A stretch of DNA of 64,000 nucleotides, from the NCBI GenBank assembly GCA_965113315.1, contig OZ220368.1. One strand, written 5' to 3'. This DNA comes from Podarcis vaucheri (Eukaryota). Shown here piece after piece: positions 1 through 13,470 of this stretch (its first letter is position 1; each line of letters starts with the position of its first letter). A model generated the notes under the pieces. The model saw only the letters and a program-made list of their open reading frames with translations, ran no database searches and was not told where the DNA came from. A program made the translations under genes and the position numbers.

Positions 1-1114
1 TCATATTAATTTACAAGCCCCTTATCTGCTTGGGTCCAGATGCCTAATCCCTTATATCCCACCCCAATCACTGAGGTCTTGAGGGACCCAATTTTATGGG
101 ACTCACTTCCAGCTGAGGTCAGAGGTGTTGAGCTTCCAACACCTTCCAAAACCATTTTTATTCCAGTTGAAGTCTGATTTTATAGCTTTAACCTATTTTT
201 ATCTTTTCTGTATTGTATTTCTGAGACTATGGTAGTTAAGTATATATAAATGGTTTAAATAAATAAATAAACTTTTGGCCTACACACTTGAGTAACTATT
301 ATGATAAACAATTACACATGGGCCTTTGTGCTAAATATGTGAGCCAAAGTCCAAATCTCTTACCTTTAAAAAGGGGTCTGTGTATTCATTTGACCTGTGT
401 TGATGGCAGCCATTTTGAAATCTGACATGGCACATCTGGTTGGCAGGGAAGAGTGCAGAGCCTGCCATACAAAGGGATCCAAAACTCAGACGCCATCTTT
501 TGGGGCTGCAATCCTGTGCAAGTCATGTTACCCGTACAAGTTCTCAGCGCCCCCCAGCACTTGTTGGGGGCATGGTGCCCCAAAACATGTGTTTTGGGGC
601 ATTACACAATATTTCTGCCCTGAAAAAAGCACTTTTTCAGGGTGAAAGTGTACTGAAATCGTGTGAGCTCACAGTGGCCATTTGGGCTGCTGTCCTCTCA
701 GAAGAAAAATCAGGATGCCCTGTTTTTTTCTGGGACAGTTGATGTGTTTAAGAGTGGTGTTATATTTTGTGCCTTGTGCAGGAAATTCAAATGTTATCTT
801 TCCCTTCCACTAACTGATATGGGACACAATCCACTGATACCTTATTCTACTGAAATTGATGAGAGCTTGGGTCGATTAAGAGCAACGGTTTCAAGCTGCA
901 TCCCATTCATTCCCGAGGGGCCTGTGCAGGAGAAATCAGGAGAGAAGAGCCTGGCTTTGCCTAGCACCTCAAGGGTGCAACCTGATGAATAGAATGGGTG
1001 GAACAAGTGGCAAAACAGACAGGAAGAAAATAGTATGTGCGCGCGCACACACTGTGATTCTGGACCTCAGTCCTGAAATGCTGCTGCTTCCCCAGAGACC
1101 CTAAGAAGACTAAA

Positions 1115-2214
1115 ATTCTTGTAAAGAAGCTGGTAAAATGCGGTCTTGACTATGCTACCACTCAGTGGATTTGTAACTGGCTGACTGACCGAACCCAAAG
1201 GGTGCTCATCAATGGTTCCTCTTCATCCTGGAGAAGAGTGACTAGTGGGGTGCCACAGGGTTCTGTCTTGGGCCCAGTCTTATTCAAGATCTTTATCAAC
1301 AACTTGGATGATGGACTCAAGGGCATCCTGATCAAATTTGCAGATGACACCAAACTGGGAGGGGTGGCTAACACCCCAGAGGACAGGATCACACTTCAAA
1401 ACGACCTTGACAGATTAGAGAACTGGGCCAAAACAAACAAGATGAATTTTAACAGGGAGAAATGTAAAGTATTGCACTTGGGCAAAAAAAATGAGAGGCA
1501 CAAATACAAGATGGGGGACACCTGGCTTGAGAGCAGTCATGTGAAAAGGATCTAGGATCCTTGTTGACCACAAACTTGACATGAGCCAACAGTGTGACGC
1601 GGCAGCTAAAAAAGCCAATGCAATTCTCGGCTGCATCAATAGGAGTATAGCATCTAGATCAAGGGAAGTAATAGTGCCACTGTATTCTGCTCTGGTCAGA
1701 CCTCACCTGGAGTACTGTGTCCAGTTCTGGGCACCACAGTTCAAGAAGGACACTGACAAACTGGAACGTGTCCAGAGGAGGGCAACCAAAATGGTCAAAG
1801 GCCTGGAAACGATCCCTTATGAGGAACAGCTAAGGGAGCTGGGCATGTTTAGCCTGGAGAAGAGGAGGTTAAGGGGTGATATGATAGCCATGTTCAAATA
1901 TATAAAAGGATGTTACATAGAGGAGGGAGAAAGGTTGTTTTCTGCTGCTCCAGAGAAGCGGACACGGAGCAATGGATCCAAACTACAAGAAAGAAGATTC
2001 CACCTAAACATTAGGAAGAACTTCCTGACAGTAAGAGCTGTTTGACAGTGGAATTTGCTGCCAAGGAGTGTGGTGGAGTCTCCTACTTTGGAGGTCTTGA
2101 AGCAGAGGCTTGACAACCATATGTCAGGAGTGCTCTGATGGTGTTTCCTGCTTGGCAGGGGGTTGGACTCGATGGCCCTTGTGGTCTATTCCAACTCTAT
2201 GATTCTATGATTCT
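1115..2214 (+). mobile_element. CR1 LINE, 5'-truncated (RT C-terminal half + 3' UTR + (ATTCTATG)n tail)
   Basis: ORFs 1202-1555 and 1581-2045 contain [18 protein letters not shown] and [13 protein letters not shown]. The tail reads ctctatgattctatgattcta. There is a frameshift near 1538 and a premature TGA at 2043-2045. Possible TSD ctaaaat(t/c)ct. Confidence 0.97.
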
Positions 2215-2630
2215 AAAATCCTGAAATTTTGTCATACACTAGGATCTGGCAACCAATGGTGTCAGGACAAGAGTCCAGAACAAAATTCTGTAAAAGCACA
2301 ACCAATTAATTGCTGAAGGAGGCATCTTATAGCTTGATTACTCAAAGGGAAGTTGCACTGAGCTCAGTGAAGCTCCCAAATATATGTGCATAGGAGCAAA
2401 AGCTTCATGTGGCAGCCTTGCATGCAGTTACAGTGGAAGAGTATTATTACTTATTTATTTCATGACATTTATATAACACTTGATTGCTTCTCCTGTTAAT
2501 TTTCTATGTTTCACTCTACTGTTTAAAGTAGCAGGGCTTTCAAAAAATGTGGCAACCTTGGAACATTTCATAGTCTTTGGGTGGGATCACGTCACCTCAT
2601 GCTCACCCATCTCATGTCTCCATTACACAG

Positions 2631-2874
2631 GTTCACTGCAACAATATGTTTGCCAAGGGAGTGAAGATTTTCAAGGAGGTGCAGTGCCACTTCCGCTCTG
2701 ATGCAAATGAGTGGGAGCCTAACGCCATCTCCTCAGTGCTGGTGTTAGATGATGTGAACCCCAGTGCCCGCTTTGTCACAGTGCCCCTTCTCCATCACAT
2801 GGCTAGTGCCATCAAATGCCAGTTCTACTTTGCGGACACCTGGATGATGTTCAGTGAGATCACCTTCCAGTCAG
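2631..2874 (+). CDS. DDR2: DDR2 exon (discoidin-like domain, [14 protein letters not shown]...[10 protein letters not shown])
   Basis: cag|GTT acceptor, G|gtatga donor, 244 nt. The peptide matches the DDR2 DS-like domain. Upstream exons lie outside the window. Confidence 0.97.
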
Positions 2875-3339
2875 GTATGACACAGGGATGGGTGATGGAA
2901 CTGTGTGTGTTTATGTGTAAGTGAGAGATATTTTGGGAGGGAGCCAGGAATCCTTGTTCATCACTAGAAGGCCTGATGTGCTGGGAAAGTAGGTTTCATT
3001 GTCTCATATGTCTGGACACAGCATAGGCTGATGAACTGTATTTGTCATAATGATATACAAGATATGTGGATCTGTACAACACAGAAGACCTGCTCTGTAC
3101 ATGCAGCAAAATTGGTTCAGTGAACAGGATTGTGCCCTAGCCACTCCTGCCTCATAAGCCATGTAGGCATTCGCTCTAATGTCTAAAGTGTGCATAGGTG
3201 CATATACTTCATTGCACATAGATGTGACTAAGGCCAGGTCTATTTTTCCCAGGGAAGGATGCAGTTGATGGACCAGAAAGTCAGTTAGGAGTTCCTTTTA
3301 CTAATTTGTAAACAGTGGCCTTTCCTGGAGAAGTCAGAC

Positions 3340-3520
3340 TTAGACATGCTTATTCCTGTTCTTGTTACTGCCAGGTTGGACTACTTTAATTCACTTTACA
3401 TGGGATTGCCCTTGGAGTCCAGAAACTGCTGCTGCCAGGTTGTTATCAGGAGCTGGGCAGACACAGCTGATTGTGCCATGGGTTGCCAGCTAGTTTCTAG
3501 ACTCAGTTCAAACTGTGAGA
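3340..3520 (+). mobile_element. Old L2 LINE ORF2 fragment (boundaries approximate)
   Basis: LVTARLDYFNSLYMGLP resembles the L2 motif LVxSRLDYCNSLLxGLP. Confidence 0.65.
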
Positions 3521-5076
3521 GCCTTCAGGTATCACTGCCTGTCCCTTGGGCATCTTCCTAGGCTACAGCCTTTATTGGCCTTGCTCTGTCCCACCTCACC
3601 GGGTGTGTTTTTGCATGGCCAGAATGTGTCCGTCCCTGAATTGTGATAATCTCTTCCTTGCCTTTGTGTGGTAAGTTGGGTTCAAGCCATACAAAATTTG
3701 GAGGTTTCTACACCCACCCACACCCCTCTCCAGCCAAGCGAAAGTCACATTTCTGCTCCTGTTGTTGCCTTTGGCTGTGCCTGCCACTGAGGGAATATGG
3801 CTGCTGGGCTGAAAAGGGCCCCCTGTGGTTTAGACCTTTAAAAAGCCCTAAGCAGCCTGGGACCGCAGGGTATCTACCTTCTTCCCATAGGAGGCTGGTC
3901 ACAGAGCGAACTCCTAGAGGCTGAGGTCCCTTCAGACCCACCACATTTGAGGGGACTGCCCCCCAAGTTGATGGGCTTTGCCATTCAAATGGTGCACATG
4001 TGCTGCATATTGTGATCATCTATGTGGGGCAGGGCTTACTTTCCCCCTCCCCCATATTTTATTCAAGTTGGCACCCCTGAGCCTGGTCTAAACTTTGCTT
4101 AGTCTCTGAGGCCTATCCTCTTGCCCTCTCACACTTTCCCTCCCATGTCTTCTTGCCCTGTTTTCAATTTGGCCCAGGGCTGGGTGTTCCCACTTGTGAT
4201 TCTTGCCTCAGATTTTATCCCTGAAACTCCATGTTTTCCTGTTCAATAGTCTGCTTCTTGTGTTCTCCCCAACTTCAGCTCTGCCCACCTTCGGCAGTCA
4301 GTTAATCAGGGAACCAGATAATCAGGGAACCAGATGCTCAGAAGCTGGATAATCAGACAGTCATTTGACATACAAAAGAAGTGGGGACCCTTCCAATAAA
4401 TATCATTTTATCACAAGTTTCACATGAGCAGTAAACAGGGGAAAGTAAAATAAACAAATAAAACATTCTGAGAAAACCGGAAGTGCTTCTCAAAGCTGAA
4501 GAGACAACTGGGGAAATTACCCTGCAGGGCTAGGGGAAAGGAGGAGAGGGGGGGGAGCAGCCTCTCCCCTACACATGAAGCACATGAAATCCGATTCAGG
4601 AGCTATGTTAGGACTGGTTCAGAAGAGGGACACATTTTTATTCAGGTTTGCTGCAGACTGGCATTTGCTCCAGTTCAACAGTAACCAGTAGGTTTTCCTG
4701 GGGAAAGTGGTGGGACACAAACCCTATTGAACCTGTGATACTAGATCAGTAGGAATCACAGGTCAAACAAAAGTGTGGATGGGCCACTGACAGGAGTTTA
4801 GCTGGTTGGCCAAGGGAAACCGCCTTTTCCATAACCAAACCTAATGTTTTAATCACTGTTTGTGTGACTAGAGGAGCAAAGAGGCTGTGTGCACGGCCAT
4901 TAGGGGCTTTCGCATCTTTCTTCATTAAGCCAAGGTACGATAAGTGAAACCAGCTCAGTGTCTTGAGAAGCACCTATAATCTGATTTTCCACATTTAAAA
5001 ATGAAAGTTTCAAACAACCACTGTGTCTGCTGGTGCTGTTGTTTAAGTCTGGATCCCCCCCCCTTCTCTTTATTAG

Positions 5077-5139
5077 ATGCAGCCATGTACAATAATTCTG
5101 GAGCCCTTCCTGATTCTTCAGTGACTCCTACTACTTATG
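5077..5139 (+). CDS. DDR2: DDR2 exon (extracellular juxtamembrane, [21 protein letters not shown])
   Basis: tattag|AT acceptor, G|gtatgt donor, 63 nt, phase 1-1. Similar to human [21 protein letters not shown]. Absent from the ORF track. Confidence 0.95.
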
Positions 5140-5379
5140 GTATGTGTGAAGCTAGTTTAGAATGTGGACCATAAAGTGATCTACCTGGAATATTGTGGAT
5201 GAGCTAGCTGTGGAACAATTCTAACTTGGCACCAGGGAGACGCAGAGTAGCAGGTTTGCACTGTGGTGGAGGGGTGGGGGTGAGACCCTTACTTTCATTT
5301 TGCTACTCCTGCTCCAAGATGTCATAGCTGAGGGACCCAAAGATAGGTCCACTTGGGAGATCCTTCACCATTAGATGAT

Positions 5380-6100
5380 GATGATGATTTATTTGTATCC
5401 TGCCAATCAGACTGGGTGGCACCAGTTACTCTGGGCGGCTTCCAATATATATAAAAACATAAAACAATAAACATTAAAAAGCTTCCCTATACAGGACTGC
5501 CTTCAAGTGTTTTCTAAAGTTTATATAGTTACTTATCTCCTTGACATCTGTTGGGAGGGAGTTCTACAGGGTGGGCGCCACTACCGAGAAGGCTTTCTGG
5601 ACACGGCCCAGGAGAAAGGAGCAGAACTGCTGTATAACAGTGCCCTCAGCTCCCAACCTCTTTCCAGCCAAGAGGATATCATGGTCAATGGTATCAAAAG
5701 CTGCTGGAAGATCCAGCAAAACCAGGAAACAGCTTTCACCTCTGTCCCTAGCCCGCCAGAGCTAGGGACTACGAGACCGAGGCAGTTTCAGGCTTATGAA
5801 GGGGCCTGAATTCCAACTGGAAAGGGACCAAATGACCCGCATCCTCCAGATATGCCTGGAATTGTTCAGCGACCACCTGCTCAATCACCTTGTCCAAGAA
5901 TGGAAGATTGGATAGATCCAAGACCACTGGCAGCCTTCCCTGAAATACCTTATTTCAGGCCTTTTTCCTTCTACCAGAAGGGACAGCTGTAGCTTTCCAC
6001 CCTCTTGATTGCAGCTGGACCTCCCGTCATAATGAAGACCAGTGGCATTCTTCAGCAGAGGGGAACCTATGTGCCGTCTTGAGCCCACTCACTCAATACT
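5380..6100 (-). mobile_element. L2 LINE fragments (3' end plus decayed RT; boundaries approximate)
   Basis: The reverse complement of about 5680-5725 reads LVLLDLPAAFDTIDH (L2 RT motif). An L2-type 3' tail lies at 5380-5590. Confidence 0.65.
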
Positions 6101-6273
6101 GGAAGGGGCTAGAACTGCACTCTTAGTTATTCAGGCTGCTGTTCTCAGTGTGAATAGAGGCGGTATTTGAAAAGACACCAGGGATAATTCTGATGGAGTG
6201 GGGAGGTATGAAACCTAGGGCAAAAGATGGCAGCTTGCAATATGCCATATGAAAGTCTTTTTAATTTTCATAA

Positions 6274-6522
<249 letters not shown>

Positions 6523-6914
6523 TAAGCATGACACATGCAAGTAAGCATAGAAGTGTGTAGGAAATGTGAGTTTAGTATCAAGATTTGAAGCAACCCATTC
6601 AAGATCCTTTCATAACTGAATAACTGAACTATTCAGTTATTTCATAACTGTTGAGGAAACCTACTTGTGCCCTTAAGCTGTTTCCTACTCACAAGGGGTA
6701 AAATCCAAGGACCCCATCTCTTTCTCCCTCCCTTGTTCTACGCTTCTTAACTTAAAAGAATGTTAGTCTGGAAAAGCTCTGTACATCTTAAAACCTTGCT
6801 TGCGCTTGCACCAATGAATATGATTGAACAGGGATGTTAATGTCAGTTCATAAAGCCAGTCTCTCCCTGTTCTGCCTGTTGTACAGTAAAGATGAAACCT
6901 TGACTTGCTTCCAG

Positions 6915-7125
6915 GCCTCTCGCCGGATGCTGGATGACGAAATGACTGTCAGCCTCTCTCTGCCCAGTGAGTCCAGCATGTTCAACCATAACCGCTCCAC
7001 ATCATCCAGTGAGCGAGAATCAAACTCCACGTACGACCGCATATTCCCGCTGGCTGCAGACTACCAGGAGCCTTCTCGACTCATCCGCAAGTTACCCGAA
7101 TTCACCCCAGGGGAGCAAGAGGCAG
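6915..7125 (+). CDS. DDR2: DDR2 cytoplasmic juxtamembrane exon ([17 protein letters not shown]...EQEA)
   Basis: ccag|GCC acceptor, G|gtcaga donor, 211 nt. Confidence 0.97.
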
Positions 7126-8349
7126 GTCAGAGCAACCAGGCACTCTGTTGATCTTGTTCCCATATTTGCTCTGTTACCCTGGGCTATAAACCCCTATCCC
7201 ACCTTCAGCATTTCTTTATGGGGGTGAATGAGATTGAATTCTTTACTTAGGTACTTTTATACGTACTGCCTTTCAGTCCCAAAAAAGCCATCATAAGGTA
7301 GTTTTGTTATGCTTCTAAAAGCACAAATTTATTTTAAAACATAAAATAGCAGCCATCTCACAGAATATATAGATAAAAGAGTTATTAAATTATAAATCAA
7401 CAGCCTCATTCAGTTAAAATGAATTGTATGAATTCTCTGAATTTTGCAATGTAGGTCTTCTGCCACGTAATGCCTACAAAAACACATGTACGGTAGTAAA
7501 CTGTGTCTAAAAACACATATTTCCAAAAAATATATATAAAACCACATTATATTGGGAAGCCCTACCCTGCAAAAATGTGTAAATAATGCAGAATTGCATA
7601 CAAAAGTTTATTAGGAGAAATTCACATACGGGTGAATTTTCATGAGCACTTAAAAAACAACAACTGATGTGCAAATGTGGAGAACTGAACTTAAGACTGG
7701 CAAAATGAGAAACTGAGAAAAACTGAGGTCTGCCCATCCTTAATTTGGCATCCAAAGATAACTTAATGGCAGCAGGCGGTCTTCCCATTGGCAAACTCCA
7801 AATACACAATCGGGCCAGGTCTTGGGTCACCCCTGCCAACAACTTGCAGCCGGGCCCAGTCCCCTCAATATTTCTCACCCTGACCGCCTGCCTTCCCGCC
7901 TTCCTCTCTCACTCCCTTGGTCGGCGTGAGGTCCGCTGGCCTGTGTAGCGTCTCCCTAGAGGAAGGCTGCCCTGCCCTGCGCAGCGTTGCGAGGTGCATG
8001 TGCGCGCCAGTGCCCTTCCGTTTTGGGGGGAACCTGGAGCCTGTGGTGCCTTCACAAATCTCCTTACTGTATGAATAACAGAAACAGAAGAACTTACATA
8101 AAATAAAGAATAAAGCTCTTAGTATCCATAAGTTGCAGCATTCAACATTTTTATATACAGTATGTATAAATATTTTTATTTATGTGAAGAGTAAGCAACA
8201 GAATACAAACAGAAGAAAAAGAAAGAAAAAAACTTCCCCAACATAGGAGCTATGGCATAATAAACATATACAGAAAGACACTGCATAAATTACTGGTATC
8301 TTGCTATAATAATAAAAAAGTCTAATGTTGTCCAAAGTTCATTTTATTG

Positions 8350-8750
8350 ATTCAGCACTTTATATACCACCCTTCAACTGAAGATCCGAGCGTGGCTTAC
8401 AGCACAAATATACAAAGTGAAAACGCAAAATACTTAACAGCCACAAAAACCAATAACCCCCCTCCCACAAAGTCATTTAAAAGACCATTAAATTGTTTCA
8501 TCAGTCAAAGGTCTGGTTATAGAGGAACCTTTTTTCTTGGCACCTAAAGATATGTAGTGAAGGCGCCAGGTGAGTCTCTCTGGAGAGAGCCATTCACAAA
8601 TGGGGAACCACCACAGAAAAGGCCCCGTTCTTGTGCTGCCACCTTCTGGACTTCTCATGGAGCGTGGCACATGAAGAAGGGCCTCGGGTGATGATAGCAG
8701 GGTTCGGGCCAGTTCATATGCACAGAGGTGGCCCTTGAGGATTGCAGCCA
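8350..8750 (-). mobile_element. L2-like LINE 3' end fragment (boundaries approximate)
   Basis: Same tail pattern (tatataccacccttc...gtggcttacag) as copies near 5390, 25700, 30390, 52780 and 53210. Confidence 0.5.
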
Positions 8751-8806
8751 AAGACCCCAAAGTATATTTGGCTGAGACCCTCTCCTCTGCTTTCCTCCCT
8801 TCCCAG

Positions 8807-9030
8807 GTTGCAGTGCGTCTGCCAAGCCAGCCCAGCCCGGTGCAGCTGAAGGGGTTCCCCACTATGCAGAGGCAGACATTGTGAACCTGCAGGGGGTGAC
8901 AGGCAGCAACACCTACTCTGTCCCTGCAATCACCATGGACTTGCTGTCCGGCAAAGATGTGGCTGTGGCCGAGTTTCCTCGAAAGCTGCTGACTTTCAAG
9001 GAGAAGCTGGGAGAAGGCCAGTTTGGAGAG
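8807..9030 (+). CDS. DDR2: DDR2 exon (CSASAKPAQ...[16 protein letters not shown]...[11 protein letters not shown]; start of kinase domain)
   Basis: cccag|GT acceptor, GAG|gtgagt donor, 224 nt. Contains the GEGQFG glycine-rich loop. Confidence 0.98.
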
Positions 9031-9859
9031 GTGAGTTCACGGCTTGCTCCTTACAATATGTGTACCTTCCAGCAAGGATTGCAGGAGCAGGAGACGGATG
9101 ATAAAAGCATGGCATGGTCTGGTCATGGAGATAAGAGAAAGACTCAGCTGGACTGAGCACTAAGGCAAGAAGGCCATGAGCAGAAAAGAAAAAGGAGTTG
9201 GATAAACTATGGACTGGGATAGGAATGCCAAGATGTTCTGATCAGGGGTGCCAGCTATAGGGGACAGAAGGTGCTTCAGCCCCCTCAATATTTTGAAACA
9301 GGGGGCTGAGCCCCCCCAGTATTGAGGGGAGGGGGCTGCCACCCCCCGCTGCTCCTGGGTGAGCACCGGTGTGCTGGTTGGGGGTGGGAGGTACAGAGGG
9401 CGCTTTCCACCCTCTGTGCCCCCCCCCGATGGGTGAGTGTCTGCCCACCATGCACGGCAATTGCCAGAGTGCCCCCCCCCCAATGTTGGGCCCAACTTGC
9501 CGTGGAGCACTTGTCCTTGCTGATATATTTTTCAGTGACTTTCCATTGTGCTACTATGTCAATGTCTGTTGAAGTACCACTGTACTTTGGCAAGGCTCTC
9601 CTTGTCTGTCACTGCTGACCTTCTGGAAATGAATGGAGGGTGTTAATTTGGAGGAGAATTATGCCTAATAGTAGAAACTGATAACTGCTTCACTGCATAT
9701 GCTGCTCTGTCAGGTGTCCACTATGATCAACTGCCCAATAAAATAAAATACAAAATCACAGGCTCATGTGACCCACCTTATTTTTGTGATTGTGAAGTTT
9801 TTAAACTGCTTTTAATATTGTATTTTACTTATTGTAGCCTGACATGGAAGCTGTCATTA

Positions 9860-9860
<1 letters not shown>

Positions 9861-9898
<38 letters not shown>
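9861..9898. repeat. (AAT)n microsatellite
   Basis: Direct reading. Confidence 0.95.
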
Positions 9899-10631
9899 GC
9901 TTTTATTTTAATAGCCACAGCTTCCAGCAAAGAATTCCCAGGATTCTCTGAGGGAAGACATGCACTTTATATTTATCTTATGGATCTGAACATAAATACC
10001 AGTGCAAATTAAACTCTTCTTTTCACCACAGCAGTGACAATACATGGACACGGTGACAGTATTACCATCAATGATGGCTTTCAATTTTTACTGAAAGTTC
10101 AGATTTTATTTATTTACTGATTTTTTAAAAAATGTACCCTGCCTATCAAGGAAAAGTTTATTACCAGGGTGTAAACTAATTTAAACTACAATGCATAGGA
10201 ATAACAATATAGAAGCAATTAGATAAAACAAAAGTGAGTACAGTATCACTCTTTAAAAGACCTGAACAAATGAAGTTATTCTAGGGTTTTTTCTGTCATT
10301 GTTCATATGGCAAGGCATTGTTTATTATACTGTGCAGGCTCATCTCACTATCCTTTCTGATAAACAATTGGTTTTGCATTTTTGTTGTGTCTCCAAAGCC
10401 TATTTGAGCAGAGGTGACCGTGGGACAGAAGCAATATGTGTTTTCATCAAGTTCCAAAATGCTACTATCATATCACTTTCAGCTCTCTTAAAAGATAAGT
10501 GGTACAACAGAACCACTGCTGCCCTTTGTGTTCAAACATTTACTTTGCTCCAGTGTTATCTCAGGTCAAACAATTTTGCAGCTTTTTGAAATGCTATAAA
10601 ATTATACCTCTATCTGTCATGCCAGTTACAA

Positions 10632-10772
10632 AATCATAGAATTGTAGAGTTGGAAGGGATCCCAAGGGCCATCTAGTCCACCCCCTGCAATGCAGGAATC
10701 TTTTGCCCAACATGGGGCTTGAACCCATAATCCTGAGATTAAGAGTTTCATGCTCTACCAACTGAGCTATGT
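10632..10772 (-). mobile_element. tRNA-Lys(CTT)-derived SINE with CR1-type 3' tail
   Basis: The reverse complement starts ATAGCTCAGTTGGTAGAGCATGAAACTCTTAATCTCAGG...GGTTCAAGCCCCATGTTGGGC, followed by the CR1 3' end ccttccaactctacaattctatga. Confidence 0.9.
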
Positions 10773-11132
10773 AGCATGCTGGACAAGCTCTGTTGGTCCT
10801 TAACTTTGATCTTGTGCAGATACTTTTGGGTAGGGGGTGAGGGGAGAGACACAAAATATGTGTTCAGAAATCTCTTTGCATTTCTGAAAATCTCTGTGTA
10901 TTTCTGCTGCATGTTTCTAGGAGTGCTGTTACATTGCTTGATTAACCAACTTAACTGATTGGTTATAAAAAACTGGTCCAATAAAAAGTGGTTCCCTGTC
11001 CCTATCTCCCCACTGGAAACATAGGGATATGTTAAAGTTTAATGTGTGCATTATCAATTAGATAACGTGGCGTGTGAACCCTTAAAGGGAAACAGCGATG
11101 ACCCAGCAGCTCAGTCCTGGAGAGCCAGCTCA

Positions 11133-11440
11133 GGGCTCATCTGCGCTTAGCTTTTGCCCTGCCCTTTCTAGGCACAGGTCTGCAGTTTAAAGCCCCGTAT
11201 CTGAGCGCTTTCCCCCTGCCTTGACACTTTTGTCAGGAAAATGCGCTCTTTAATGCTGAATCGGAACAAACAGCAATTTGGGTTTTCTGCAGATTGCTGT
11301 TTGCTCCGATTCAGCGGTAAGGAGAGGGTTTTCGCGGGGAGAGCGCCAGGGTGAGAAAAGAAAAGTGTGCTTAAACGTCGTGCTTTAAAGCACGGACCTA
11401 TGACTAGAAACACAGCACAAAAGGAGGTCTGGATGAGCCC
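11133..11440. mobile_element. PIF/Harbinger-type MITE
   Basis: TIRs GGGCTCATCTG.../...CTGGATGAGCCC, 3-bp TSD TCA on both sides, internal hairpin ctgaatcggaacaaacagcaat...attgctgtttgctccgattcag. Confidence 0.8.
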
Positions 11441-11605
11441 TCAGAGGTGTGGCCTGGCTCTAGGAATTTGTTATTGCTCTGTCCGACTCCCAGGCCTTGA
11501 GAAAAAAGTTTGTTTTACCATATGTTTATGGCAAGTTTCTGCACAAAGGACAAAAAGTAGTCTTTAGGCCACCACCGTTTGAGGTAATTGCCACTGGCCT
11601 TCTTA

Positions 11606-11887
11606 GGGCTCATACACTTAGCTTTTGCCTCGTTCTTTCGAGACACACCTCCATACTTAAAAGCTCTGTGTCTGAGCGTGGGGGGGGGGTTGCCCCCCAA
11701 ACCTCACAGAAACCCGCTCTTTAAAACTCAGTCATTGCAAATGCCAATTTAGGTTTTCTGCTGATTGACCTTTTGCTCTGATTGAGCTTTGAAGTTCACG
11801 TTTCACAGGGAAAGATCCAGAACAAAAATGATGCTCCTCAGAGATGGAGCTTTTAAGAGCAGAAGAAAAGTAAGTGTGGATAAACCC
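11606..11887. mobile_element. PIF/Harbinger-type MITE, related to 11133-11440
   Basis: TIRs GGGCTCATACACTT / AAGTGTGGATAAACCC with TTA TSD. Related decayed copies start near 15386 and 57338. Confidence 0.75.
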
Positions 11888-11971
11888 TTACATTTCATTT
11901 CCCCTGAACTCATTCTTCTGTTTCCCCCTCCATGTCTACATGTGCTTCCCAATGCAGAATTGCAATTCATT

Positions 11972-12345
11972 CATCTGATGAGGTTGATCGTGGGCCACCA
12001 AAAGCTCATGCTATAATATCGATTCAGTATTTCTATTCTGCTTTTCAACAGCAAATGCTGAGCTCCAAGTGGCTCACAATAATCACAGTAGCATTAAAAC
12101 AACAAGCATTGCAATCATTGTACTATCAAATACAATAATATAAATATTATAAAATAAAGCAAACAACAAATTTATAAAAATGATTAGTACAATTCAATAA
12201 AGTCATAGTAATTCAAAATATCAGAAAACGTCAGAAATCATTAATCTAAATGATTAATACTGTTCAATAAATACGGTATGTTAGTTTTTTAGGTACCACA
12301 AGGTTTGGGAAGCTACAACAAACCAACAAGACTACAGTTCTGGAA
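11972..12345 (+). mobile_element. Old Penelope-like pLTR fragment with decayed hammerhead, split by an L2-tail insertion
   Basis: CAT-CTGATGA...CCAC-CAAAA-GCTC-ATG at 11972-12010. The tail tgttagttttttaggtaccacaagg...aaaccaacaagactac at about 12279-12345 resembles the tail of the 50000 element. Confidence 0.65.
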
Positions 12346-12959
12346 AACGACTCAAAGTAAAAACTTCTCTGCTTCCTCACACTAATCGGAGGCTATCTAA
12401 ACCCTGATGGGTATTACATGCCAATACTAGAGAACTATAAAGCAAAACATCAGTATTCATCTGTTAAATTCCTGATCCTCAGCAAATTTAGGCAAAACTA
12501 GTCATAGATCCATTTATGGTCATCCAGGCACCCAAATTCACACCACCAGATTGTTTTATTTCATACAAAATATGAAGAAGCTCATCTGATGGGTCACTCA
12601 GCCCTGGGCCTGATATCAGTCTGGTCATGTTGCCTCTCTCTAAGATCCTTGGCAGCAACTATGTTGTGTCTGGGGAGCTTTCCATTATGGATAAGGGGAC
12701 TTCAGTGGAGTGATAACACAACCAGAAGATAACAACCATCTGTCTGTACAGGAAATTCACAAGCAAACGGACTCTCAAATTGGCTGCACAGCACTTTGAA
12801 CTCATTTCTACTCCAGAAGCAGAGGAGGAAGTGGGGGGGGGGAGAGTTGAGTGGGGAGGGGGAGGCCATTCTCATGATCTTGCTTTTTTTTTTAAGTCCA
12901 ACCCTTCTCTCTGTAAGAGCTATTTGCCAGACCATTTCTGCTTGGTGCCTTCCTTCCAG

Positions 12960-13090
12960 GTCCACCTGTGTGAAGTGGAAGGAGGGATGGAGCAGTTTGT
13001 GGAGAAGGATTTTGTTCCGGACGGCAACACCAGCCAACCTGTCCTCCTGGCTGTGAAGATGCTGAGAGCGGATGCCAACAAGAATGCCAG
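12960..13090 (+). CDS. DDR2: DDR2 kinase exon ([13 protein letters not shown]...[15 protein letters not shown])
   Basis: ccag|GTC acceptor, AG|gtgctt donor, 131 nt. Contains the AVK catalytic lysine. Confidence 0.97.
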
Positions 13091-13395
13091 GTGCTTGGGA
13101 GGCGGAAGGCAGCTGTAGCAGTCCTAAGATCAGTCACAGCAGCTCCTTTACCCACAGCCAGACCAAAAATAAACAGAATAACGTAAACAGAGCCCTGCTG
13201 GACTAGAACAAAGGCCCATTCTGTCCTCATGGTGCCCCACCAGATGCCTATGGGAAGCCCGGGTGCAAGCAGGTTTCCTGCCCTGCTTGAGAAAGGAATC
13301 TTGAGTAAAACGCACCAAAAGGCTCTTAACCATTTAGAATTACAGTTCAAAAGCATTAGGTGAAATACAAAGTGTGTTCAAAACACTTCAGATAC

Positions 13396-13470
13396 ATAGA
13401 ATCATAGAATCATAGAGTTGGAAGAGACCACAAGGGCCATCGAGTCCAACCCCCTGCCAAGCAGGAAACA
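13396..13470 (-). mobile_element. CR1 extreme 3' fragment
   Basis: (CATAGAAT)n tail followed by gagttggaagagaccacaagggccatcgagtccaacc, matching the 44863 copy. Confidence 0.92.

Noticed and set aside
9818-10012. Poly-Ile 'membrane protein' ORFs (also 13801-14013 and 52652-52940)
   Set aside because: Translations of (AAT)n/(TTA)n microsatellites.
10700-10772. tRNA-Lys(CTT) gene on the minus strand
   Set aside because: The stems carry several mismatches and it is fused to a CR1-type tail, so it is a SINE head, not a tRNA gene.
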